A stretch of DNA of 64,000 nucleotides from Bacteroidota bacterium (GTDB lineage: Bacteria > Bacteroidota > Bacteroidia > Bacteroidales > CAIXZF01): the NCBI GenBank assembly GCA_022709385.1, contig JAKLIX010000010.1, positions 89,529 through 153,528 of the forward strand. The letters are read 5' to 3'. A program made the translations under genes and the position numbers. The notes beneath the pieces were generated by a model that saw only the letters and a program-made list of their open reading frames with translations, ran no database searches and had not been told where the DNA came from. The number at the start of each line of letters is the position of its first letter. The first letter of the stretch is position 1. Below, one piece after another: positions 48,405 through 56,347 of the stretch.

Positions 48405-51400
48405 ATGAACAAAGCAATCTTTACTGTTTTCATCACAGTATCGTTAACGAATGGTCTGTTCCCTCAGGGTGTGGAGCTGAATTACATACAAACCTTTGAG
48501 CTGCTGAACACCGGATATAACCTATCAAGTCAGGTCAATTCTTCCATGAATGCCTTTGACGTAAAGGAAACAGTGCAATTTTTTGATGGACTTGGACGGC
48601 CGGTACAAACTACCCAAAGACGAACGGCCCCCGGTCAGAATGATCTTGTTCAGTTCTTTACTTACGATGCTTTCAGCCGTGATGTAAATAATTATTTACC
48701 TTTTGTTACACAAGCATTTGGATATCTTCTGGCTGATCCTGTGAGTGCCCAAAGTAATTTTTACACAAGTAGTCCGGATGTTGCTCATGATCCCTACCCA
48801 AAATCCCCGCTTGTCTATGAGAATTCTCCCATGAACAGAAACATCGCATCAGGGCATCCCGGAGAAAGTGGTCAAACACCAGAGGATCATATGGTAATCA
48901 CTGAATACCTTACCAATGTGGCTGCTGATGAAATGCTTAGCGCAAGCAGGTGGTCAGTTGATGATGCCGGTGATTGTGTTTTTAATGGTGAATTTGCTAC
49001 AGGACATCTTAATGTCTTGAAGACCACGGATGAAAACGGAAATATCATCCTTGAATTTAAAAATAAGCAGGAGCAGGTTGTTCTGAAACGATCACATTCG
49101 TGTAGCATTAACATGGACACGTATTATGTGTACGATGATTTCGGATTACTGCGTTTCGTAATTTCACCCAAAGGATCGGATTTGCTGAACAGTACTTTTA
49201 TCGCCCAGTGCATGCTGGCACGAATGTATGTCTACAGTTACCAATACGATAAAAGGCACAGGATGATATCGAAGAAGATACCAGGCAAAGAAATTGAATA
49301 TTTTGTCTATGACAACAGCGACAGGATCACTCTGAGTCAGGATGGCAATCTGCGGGCGGAAGGTCAATGGTTATTTCATAAGTATGACGCACTTGGCCGA
49401 ATAGTAATCACAGGAATAAGCGATTACGGATCTTCATATTCTCAGCAACAGATGCAACAATATATTGATGGTCAGGATTTTGTCTCGGAATACCGCTGCT
49501 ATGATAATATGGCCGTACTGCATGGATATACCAACCGTGTTGCACCGGACCTGATAAATGATGCGGTTGATATTCTGACTGTTAACTATTACGATAATTA
49601 TTCAATATGGGAACAGACTCAACAGGGTCTTGCTTCACACCCTGTTTATGATGATGCAGCACTTGCATTTACGACAAACTCAATTACTTCTTTGTATGAA
49701 CCGGAACATCTCGACGGAAAATTAACTGTAAGTAAGGTGAAATATATCAATGAATATGACACTCCCCTCTGGCTGACCACCTGCAATTATTATGATATTT
49801 ACGGAAGACTTATCCAAATAAACAGCAATAACCAAAAAGGTGGGTATGAACGCACATCAAATGCTTATAATGGACTAAGTAACAACATTATTCAAAGTTT
49901 AAACACCCACTCATCAATCATATCTAACATCAGCAATACATTCACAAGGCATGTGAGCTATACCTATGATCACGCACAGCGTCCTTTGACCACACAATAT
50001 CTTTTCAACAATGATCTTTCCTGCACAGTGGCATATGAATACAACAGTCTGGGACAACTGATTGAAAAGAATGTAAGTGAGGCAGTTGATCTGCAATCCA
50101 CTGACTTCACTTATAATATCAGGGGATGGCTGGAGAAGATCAATAATTCACTCCTGACTACCAATGGTGAAACCCCAACGGATCTTTTCGGCATGGAGTT
50201 GTATTACGATCAGGTTCATGCTTCCTTCGGCAATATCCCCCAGTACAATGGCAATATTTCAGCCATGGTATGGCAGTCGAACCCTCACGGACGTTTTGCC
50301 TATACATTCGCCTATGACGGATTAAACCGCCTGCTTGACGGAAACTTCCATGAGCAAAGTGAGGGCAGTTGGGACCAAACTGATCATTATTCTGAAAAAC
50401 AACTCAGTTATGACAAAAATGGCAATATCCTTACCCTTCACCGTTACGGTCAGATATTACCTACCGGCACGGCAGGAATGATCGATGATCTGAACCAGTT
50501 TTATTATTTCGGCAACCAGCTTATCGGATTAAATGACAGCCAGTTAGCTCCAACCGAAAGAGATTTCCAGGACAATGGTTCCACGGAAGCAGCCAATCAG
50601 AACAACCTGGAAACATGGGAGTATCACTATGACCCAAATGGCAATCTGGTAATTGACAAGAACAAAGGCATCCTTGCCATTCACTATAACCATCTGAACC
50701 TCCCCACAGAAATAATTTTTCAGGATAATAACAGGATGAAGTACTTTTACGATGCCGCAGGCAGCAAAAGAAGGAAAGAAGTGTATACCGAAGGCATTAA
50801 AACCTCCGTCCTGGATTATGCCGGCTCCGTCGTTTACCGCGATGATGCCCCTTCTTATGCGGTGTTTGAAGAAGGAAGAATCCTGATCAATCCAGAAGAA
50901 ACCAACTTTATCGAGTATCACCTGAAAGATCACCTTGGCAACGTAAGGGTGGCATACAAGGAGGACAACGGCCTGCCGGTGGCCCTGCAAACCAACACCT
51001 ACTACCCATTTGGGATGCTGATCTCCGAACTTTCCACTCCAGACCTCAACTGTCCCAATCCCCTGAAATACAACGCCAAAGAGCTCCAGCCGGACTTCGG
51101 GCTGGATTGGTATGATTACGGAGCCAGGTTCTATGACCCGCAGGTTGGGAGATGGTGGGGAGTGGATCCGTTGGCGGAGAAATCCCGGAGATGGTCTCCT
51201 TATCATTATTGCATGAACAACCCGATCCGGTTTATCGATCCGGACGGGATGGACACTATATCCGCCCAACAAGGTGACAAGCAACCAGTTAAGAAAGATG
51301 ATGTTGTTAAATTGGAAGATGGAACTGAAATAACTGTAAGTTGTGATGAAGTTGAGGTGGTTGGAAGTAAAACCGAAAATGCAACAAAGAACCAAGAACA

Positions 51401-51767
51401 ACCAAGTTCTAAAACATCAGCTGGCATTGTTATTTCTATCCCAACTATTACAATAAGGGTTTCCCCAGTGGTTGAAGTCTTCTTAGGGGCTGTAGCTAGA
51501 TTTTTACCCTTGATTTTTCTTCAAGGAGATACTTCTCCAAATCAAAAAATGGATCAAGCAAGAAGCAAGGCTAAAGATGAAAATAAAATGAAAGGAGGAA
51601 AACAAAATGCCAGAGATCGAGATTATGGAATTAAAGATCCAGATTTTTGGAAGTGGTGGCATAGAAAAGGGAAACCTCAGAGTGGAGGGAAAGATATTGG
51701 CAGCAAAAGCCAAGCAGAGGAAATATTCAAAGATTGGGTAAATAAAGGGAAACCAAAAGCGAAATGA
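48405..51767 (+). CDS. Rhs/YD-repeat polymorphic toxin: DUF6443-like N-terminus, YD repeats, Rhs core ending [10 protein letters not shown], and a 171-aa variable tip (CT1)
   Basis: Signal-like N-terminus. NYIQTFELL...VQFFDGLGRPVQT...FTYDAFSRDVNNYLPF is DUF6443-like. There are at least 10 YD repeats. The core reads [48 protein letters not shown]. Confidence 0.85.
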   Translation: MNKAIFTVFITVSLTNGLFPQGVELNYIQTFELLNTGYNLSSQVNSSMNAFDVKETVQFFDGLGRPVQTTQRRTAPGQNDLVQFFTYDAFSRDVNNYLPFVTQAFGYLLADPVSAQSNFYTSSPDVAHDPYPKSPLVYENSPMNRNIASGHPGESGQTPEDHMVITEYLTNVAADEMLSASRWSVDDAGDCVFNGEFATGHLNVLKTTDENGNIILEFKNKQEQVVLKRSHSCSINMDTYYVYDDFGLLRFVISPKGSDLLNSTFIAQCMLARMYVYSYQYDKRHRMISKKIPGKEIEYFVYDNSDRITLSQDGNLRAEGQWLFHKYDALGRIVITGISDYGSSYSQQQMQQYIDGQDFVSEYRCYDNMAVLHGYTNRVAPDLINDAVDILTVNYYDNYSIWEQTQQGLASHPVYDDAALAFTTNSITSLYEPEHLDGKLTVSKVKYINEYDTPLWLTTCNYYDIYGRLIQINSNNQKGGYERTSNAYNGLSNNIIQSLNTHSSIISNISNTFTRHVSYTYDHAQRPLTTQYLFNNDLSCTVAYEYNSLGQLIEKNVSEAVDLQSTDFTYNIRGWLEKINNSLLTTNGETPTDLFGMELYYDQVHASFGNIPQYNGNISAMVWQSNPHGRFAYTFAYDGLNRLLDGNFHEQSEGSWDQTDHYSEKQLSYDKNGNILTLHRYGQILPTGTAGMIDDLNQFYYFGNQLIGLNDSQLAPTERDFQDNGSTEAANQNNLETWEYHYDPNGNLVIDKNKGILAIHYNHLNLPTEIIFQDNNRMKYFYDAAGSKRRKEVYTEGIKTSVLDYAGSVVYRDDAPSYAVFEEGRILINPEETNFIEYHLKDHLGNVRVAYKEDNGLPVALQTNTYYPFGMLISELSTPDLNCPNPLKYNAKELQPDFGLDWYDYGARFYDPQVGRWWGVDPLAEKSRRWSPYHYCMNNPIRFIDPDGMDTISAQQGDKQPVKKDDVVKLEDGTEITVSCDEVEVVGSKTENATKNQEQPSSKTSAGIVISIPTITIRVSPVVEVFLGAVARFLPLIFLQGDTSPNQKMDQARSKAKDENKMKGGKQNARDRDYGIKDPDFWKWWHRKGKPQSGGKDIGSKSQAEEIFKDWVNKGKPKAK
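50728..51252 (+). repeat. 525-bp Rhs-core 3' block shared with orphan cassettes 2 and 3 (and its last 145 bp with orphan 1)
   Basis: Aligns without gaps to 55103-55627 and 57462-57986; I found 6 mismatches. 51108-51252 aligns to 52434-52578. Confidence 0.85.
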
Positions 51768-52162
51768 AAGAGTTATTAGTCTTAAAGAATAAAATTAGCA
51801 ATGAAGACATCGAGATAATCGAGTCTTCATTGAGAGTACTAAAGTCTCACGATAAAAAGAAATTCATTCAAACTATTAATAGAATGAAACTCATTTTTAT
51901 TGAAATAGATGATATTCAAATACTTAATAAAATATCATTAATATTTTCAGCCTTTTCGATTCATTCTTCAGTACCCATATTGATTGGCAAATTGATCAGT
52001 GGTAAATACGATAATAATGGAGGAACACTAGTATATTCCTTAAAAGGTTTGAAATTTTTAGACTATAAAGAGGAATTATCATATCTTTGGGAAAAGAATA
52101 TTAGTTATGAGATGAAAGAAATGTTAAAGTTGATAAATATTTACCCCCCCCCCGCCGCTTGA
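51764..52162 (+). CDS. Candidate immunity protein for CT1 (132 aa)
   Basis: ATGA start/stop overlap with the rhs gene. AT-rich, with no signal peptide. The call rests on position only. Confidence 0.55.
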   Translation: MKELLVLKNKISNEDIEIIESSLRVLKSHDKKKFIQTINRMKLIFIEIDDIQILNKISLIFSAFSIHSSVPILIGKLISGKYDNNGGTLVYSLKGLKFLDYKEELSYLWEKNISYEMKEMLKLINIYPPPAA

Positions 52163-52418
52163 ATTGACACATAATAAAGAGAAAGAACAGCAAAACCCCA
52201 AGCAATTACTTGGGGTAATTGTTAATCCGTGAGGGGGCAGAAGCCCCCAAAACAAGCGGAGGGAGAGGTGATAGGGGGCGAAAGACTGCCTTTTTTTCTT
52301 TTTCTGAAGAAAACAACTGATAAAAATGATGTTCAATTAAAAGAAAATGTTCATACATTTAGTGGAACAAAGCGTTCTTTGAATAAGCAATTTGGAGCAG
52401 AAGCTGAAAAACAGGTAA

Positions 52419-53660
52419 AGAAGTTGCACAAACTGGTATGATTACATAGCTCGGTTCTATGACCCGCAGGTTGGGAGATGGTGGGGAGTGGATCCGTTGG
52501 TGGAGAAATCCCGGAGATGGTCTCCTTATCATTATTGCATGAACAACCCGATCCGGTTTATCGATCCGGACGGGATGGCTGTGTTTCACAGCAAAGCGCT
52601 GGGCTCGCACTGGGCCGACGATCTGGTGCAGGATCATTCTTACCAGGAATTACTGCAATCAACTATGGCCAGTAATGATGAAGCTGCAGAAAAAGAATCA
52701 TCTGCAGACGAGTTCTCACCGCAGGATGGCAGCCAGACCGAAATGAATGCCGGGAATGGTGGTGGGGGGGATAAGAAGAAGAAGAGTAGTTCTGCCTCAT
52801 CCACAGGAGGTAACGCCAAAGGCCAAGGAGGTAAAACATTAGACAATTTAAATACTATTAATAATATTGCTGATGTAGGAATGGATATTGCAGAGGAAAG
52901 TGGGTATGTTGCTACCGTTGGAAGAACTGGATATTACTCTTCAGGCTGGAATGGAAATCAATATGTAAAGACATTAGGAGTAGCAAAAGGATTGGGTTAT
53001 GTTTTCTTTGGCGCAGGTATTGTTTTAGACGGCATAATGTATTTTACAGGACAGCAGTCCGGCGCTAAAACATCTGTAAATATTGGAGTTAGTGCAGCAT
53101 CTTTAATTATTGGTGGAATACCTGGTATTATTCTTGGAGGAGGCTATTTCGCTGTAGATAAAACTGTTGGCTGGGACAGAATGATGACCCCAGCATCAAA
53201 CAACCAGTGGGTTCCTAACCGTGCTGTTTTTCCTGATGGCACAACAATTTACGTTTGTTTTAAAGCCGGTACAGAAATCCTTGCTCAAGGAGGTTCCAAG
53301 CCAATAGAACAAATCGTTGTGGGGGATAGCATTTACTCATATAACCTGGAAAAGAATGCCATTGAACTGAGCAAGGTTGTAAAATCGTTTGAGAGAAAAA
53401 CTCAGGAAATCTATAAGCTTACAACGGATATCCAAAAAATATATGTAACAGCAGAACATCCGTTCTATGTAGTAGGCAGCGGCTGGGTAAAAGTAAAAGA
53501 CTTGCAAGCTGGTGCAGTGTTGAAAACAAAAGTTGGTTCAATCGAACATGTTGTAAACTCTGTGCTCGAAAAACACCCCGAAACGGTTTATAATATTGAA
53601 GTAGAAGGCAATCATAATTATTTTGTAACTAATAGCAATATATTGGTACACAATAAGTAA
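52419..53660 (+). CDS. Orphan Rhs tip 1 (no ATG at its 5' end): core remnant, shared linker, glycine-zipper-like hydrophobic region and terminal Hint domain
   Basis: The frame opens after the stop at 52416-52418. [48 protein letters not shown] is followed by the linker, then [19 protein letters not shown]...[18 protein letters not shown], then CFKAGTEIL...TAEHPFYV...[14 protein letters not shown]...ILVHNK-stop. Confidence 0.7.
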   Translation, partial: RSCTNWYDYIARFYDPQVGRWWGVDPLVEKSRRWSPYHYCMNNPIRFIDPDGMAVFHSKALGSHWADDLVQDHSYQELLQSTMASNDEAAEKESSADEFSPQDGSQTEMNAGNGGGGDKKKKSSSASSTGGNAKGQGGKTLDNLNTINNIADVGMDIAEESGYVATVGRTGYYSSGWNGNQYVKTLGVAKGLGYVFFGAGIVLDGIMYFTGQQSGAKTSVNIGVSAASLIIGGIPGIILGGGYFAVDKTVGWDRMMTPASNNQWVPNRAVFPDGTTIYVCFKAGTEILAQGGSKPIEQIVVGDSIYSYNLEKNAIELSKVVKSFERKTQEIYKLTTDIQKIYVTAEHPFYVVGSGWVKVKDLQAGAVLKTKVGSIEHVVNSVLEKHPETVYNIEVEGNHNYFVTNSNILVHNK

Positions 53661-53707
53661 TTGTTTGCTAAAAGAATTACTCATATTAAAATTAAATAAA
53701 TTAAGCC

Positions 53708-54085
53708 ATGCGATATTTTTATTATAGAATATACAAAGGATTGACTAAAGTAAAAACAAATGATACCCCAGCTTTAAATGCGATGATTTTACTTATCGCA
53801 TTACAAGCGATAAACATTCTTTCGGTTTTTGGTATAATTAATTATTTCTTTCGGTTAGAGTTTGATAAACAACAAGTTATTATAGGAGGAATATCATTAT
53901 ACATTATTTTATTAGTTCCAAATTACATTTATTTGTTTCGTAAACGAAATGAAATAATTAAGCGTTACCAAAATGAAACAGCCCCCCAAAAAACAAAGGG
54001 AGTTATTTTATTGCTGCTTTACATAGTAATTACAATAACAGTTTTTTTTGTATTAGGAGAAACGATAGTACAAAACCATTATTAA
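53708..54085 (+). CDS. Candidate immunity protein for orphan tip 1: 125-aa membrane protein with 3 predicted TM helices
   Basis: Hydrophobic stretches ALNAMILLIALQAINILSVFGIINYFF, VIIGGISLYIILLVPNYIYLF and GVILLLLYIVITITVFFVLG. A terminator hairpin follows. Confidence 0.55.
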   Translation: MRYFYYRIYKGLTKVKTNDTPALNAMILLIALQAINILSVFGIINYFFRLEFDKQQVIIGGISLYIILLVPNYIYLFRKRNEIIKRYQNETAPQKTKGVILLLLYIVITITVFFVLGETIVQNHY

Positions 54086-54118
54086 ACAGAAAAGCCCGGT
54101 TATCTGGGGTTTTCTGTT
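54085..54118 (+). terminator. Terminator hairpin after the orphan-1 cassette
   Basis: aacagaaaagccc-ggttatct-ggggttttctgtt. Confidence 0.55.
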
Positions 54119-54539
54119 ATAATGCAGCTACGTTTTTCTGAAAAAAGTCTTAAACTTCTTATTGGTAAGCATTATGTCAATCATAGAGAGTACAATGCTT
54201 TTATCCTTTTCGTCTTGTTCCTGAATGAGCCTCATTTACTCGCTGGTGGTCTTGTCCTACTATAGAGAAAACCACTTTTTTTTCTTCATCGCTTAGTGCT
54301 TCTACAAGCCGGACTTTTTCCATCAACGATTTATCCACGGAATTTACATTCATCGCTCAGGCTGGTATTAAACACCAAATGCTTATCCGAAAATCGTATA
54401 GCATCGTAAGCATTCGGCCTGTGCATATTGACCGTGATGATCTGCCGATGTAGGTTTGCGGGTTCAAACGGACACAGAGCGGAATATGAGAAACAGAAAC
54501 AGAGCAGAGCAGAGCATGAGGAAAGATGATGTTGAATAT

Positions 54540-55102
54540 GCATTCTTAAAATTGCCGTCAGCTTCAGCTGACGGACCAGGGAGCAGGAGCATATCAGGGC
54601 TTCAGCCCGAAAACGCAAGCGTATTTTAGTCTGGTGGTTTGGTAATTTGCTAATGTGTTGATTTGCTGATGATAGTGTGCTGGTAAATTGTTCGGAAATT
54701 GATTCTGGAATCGCGGTTTTAACCTGGCAGTTTCAACCTGACCAATAATAAATCGGGAAAATAATTCAATTGGCAGGAAAGAAACGATTCCAGGATTGGC
54801 AGAGAAACCTAGGGGAGCGGACTGAGGTTGTGAGCCACAGGCGAACGACCGAGGGAGCTTCCCAGTTTCGGCGCCAATCCGAGGCCCCGCGGCCTGAGCG
54901 AAAAGATAAATATACTGAATCTTAGTAAAAATGCGAAGCAATTTTCGCTTAGATTCTTTATACCGATGACTCTGGGAACACTTTTATCTCATTCCTGTGT
55001 TCTTTCGGTATAATCGCTCAGGTGCGGAGTAGAAATGAAAAGGAAGACAATTGAGTGTACAGGTGAAGTTGTAAATATTTCGCAACCCCATTCGGTGTCG
55101 GT
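54540..55102. repeat. Composite block of dispersed intergenic repeat modules between cassettes 1 and 2
   Basis: Contains the palindrome ccgtcagcttcagctgacgg (also at 60001-60020). Also contains the gtgttgatttgctgatgatagtgtgctgg module, the 190-bp module shared with 59600-59785, the ggcgccaatccgaggccccgcggcctgagcgaaaag module, the 14095-14197 family and a MITE end. Confidence 0.65.
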
Positions 55103-55863
55103 ATAACAGGATGACGTACTTTTACGATGCCGCAGGCAGCAAAAGAAGGAAAGAAGTGTATACCGAAGGCATTAAAACCTCCGTCCTGGATTATGCCGGC
55201 TCCGTCGTTTACCGCGATGATGCCCCTTCTTATGCGGTGTTTGAAGAAGGAAGAATCCTGATCAATCCCGAAGAAACCAACTTTATCGAGTATCACCTGA
55301 AAGATCACCTTGGCAACGTAAGGGTGGCATACAAGGAGGACAACGGCCTGCCGGTGGCCCTGCAAACCAACACCTACTACCCATTCGGGATGCTGATCTC
55401 CGAACTTTCCACTCCAGACCTCAACTGTCCCAATCCCCTGAAATACAACGCCAAAGAGCTGCAGCCGGACTTCGGGCTGGATTGGTATGATTACGGAGCC
55501 AGGTTCTATGACCCGCAGGTTGGGAGATGGTGGGGTGTGGATCCGTTGGCGGAGAAAGCCCGGAGATGGTCTCCTTATCATTATTGCATGAACAACCCGA
55601 TCCGGTTTATCGATCCGGACGGGATGGCTGTGTTTCACAGCAAAGCGCTGGGCTTGCACTGGGCTGACGATCTGGTGCAGGATCATTCTTACCAGGAACT
55701 TCTGCAATCAACGATGGCCAGTAATGATGAAGCTGCAGAAAAAGAATCATCTGCAGACGAGTTCTCACCGCAGGATGGCAGCCAGACCGAAATGAATGCC
55801 GGGAATGGTGGCGGGGGGGATAAGAAGAAGAAGCGTAGTTCTGCCTCATCCACTGGAGGTAAC
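54857..55863 (+). repeat. 1,007-bp direct repeat, copy A (upstream repeats, Rhs core block and linker)
   Basis: Gap-free alignment to 57216-58222 at an offset of 2,359 bp. I found 3 mismatches. Confidence 0.85.
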
Positions 55864-56334
55864 CCTTCCGCACGTGAGGGTAGTGATGGGGTAACTTTTG
55901 CTGCCGCTTTAGGGATGGCCGCAGTGGCATTATCGCCTGAATGGACTGCGTCCTCTTCTGTCCCAGTGTGGGGACAGGTTGCAATGAGTGTTGCAACAAT
56001 TGCCACCGCAGCATATATTCATGCGAACTCCAAAAGCAGCCAAAAACCTAACATCGTCTATGAAATATATTCATTTAACTTAGCGGGTTATTATCAAACG
56101 ATGAAATACGGAGTTTCAAGTCGTTCCGATTTTGTAACACGTACAGGAAATCCAAGACCAGAGTATCAGTGTGTAGCACTTAATTCAATAGCACCCCCTG
56201 GTGTTTATTATTGGTATTCAATACTTGCTAGGACGCCTGACAGGGCTTCGGCTTTATCAATCGAACAAAGTTATGTGCGTGCATATCAAGCTGCAAATGG
56301 TGGATTAAGACCTCCATTGCAAATTAGACCTTAA
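55111..56334 (+). CDS. Orphan Rhs tip 2: 172-aa core remnant, shared linker, hydrophobic segment and a possible GIY-YIG-like domain
   Basis: MTYFYDAAGSKRRKE...IRFIDPDGM is near-identical to the main gene. The tip contains PNIVYEIYSFNLAGYYQTMKYGVSSRSDFVTR...ALSIEQSYVRAYQAANGG. Confidence 0.65.
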   Translation: MTYFYDAAGSKRRKEVYTEGIKTSVLDYAGSVVYRDDAPSYAVFEEGRILINPEETNFIEYHLKDHLGNVRVAYKEDNGLPVALQTNTYYPFGMLISELSTPDLNCPNPLKYNAKELQPDFGLDWYDYGARFYDPQVGRWWGVDPLAEKARRWSPYHYCMNNPIRFIDPDGMAVFHSKALGLHWADDLVQDHSYQELLQSTMASNDEAAEKESSADEFSPQDGSQTEMNAGNGGGGDKKKKRSSASSTGGNPSAREGSDGVTFAAALGMAAVALSPEWTASSSVPVWGQVAMSVATIATAAYIHANSKSSQKPNIVYEIYSFNLAGYYQTMKYGVSSRSDFVTRTGNPRPEYQCVALNSIAPPGVYYWYSILARTPDRASALSIEQSYVRAYQAANGGLRPPLQIRP

Positions 56335-56339
56335 TTTTG
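56332..56339 (+). promoter_or_regulatory. -7 box TAATTTTG overlapping the stop codon of orphan tip 2
   Basis: Matches TAnnTTTG and ends 8 nt before the ATG at 56348. The context is AT-rich, so a chance match is possible. Confidence 0.25.
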
Positions 56340-56347
56340 AGCTGATT

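Noticed and set aside
52229-52441. 70-aa ORF between the CT1 immunity gene and orphan 1
   Set aside because: It spans a spacer with two small hairpins (cccaag...cttggg, ggggc-agaa-gcccc). It has no motif, and its end merely runs into the Rhs-core remnant in another frame.
53256-53657. A true protein-splicing intein in orphan tip 1
   Set aside because: Only one residue (Lys, not Cys/Ser/Thr) follows the terminal HN, so there is no C-extein to ligate. It is interpreted instead as a Hint/BIL-type autoprocessing domain.
54125-54420. Short minus-strand frames resembling the tail of a Bacteroidota XRE-type HTH regulator (MRLIQEQDEKDKSIVLSMIDIMLTNKKFKTFF, and ...MEKVRLVEALSDEEKKVVFSIV in another frame). 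A deletion variant of the same flank lies at 59272-59362.
   Set aside because: These are fragments in different frames with no HTH part visible. At best this is a decayed pseudogene. The evidence is too thin to annotate.
55018-55707. 229-aa minus-strand ORF, duplicated at 57377-58066, with related ORFs at 50544-51401 and 52359-52637
   Set aside because: They are antisense shadows of the conserved Rhs-core block. Their repetition simply mirrors the plus-strand repeat. The plus-strand frames carry the recognisable YD/Rhs motifs.
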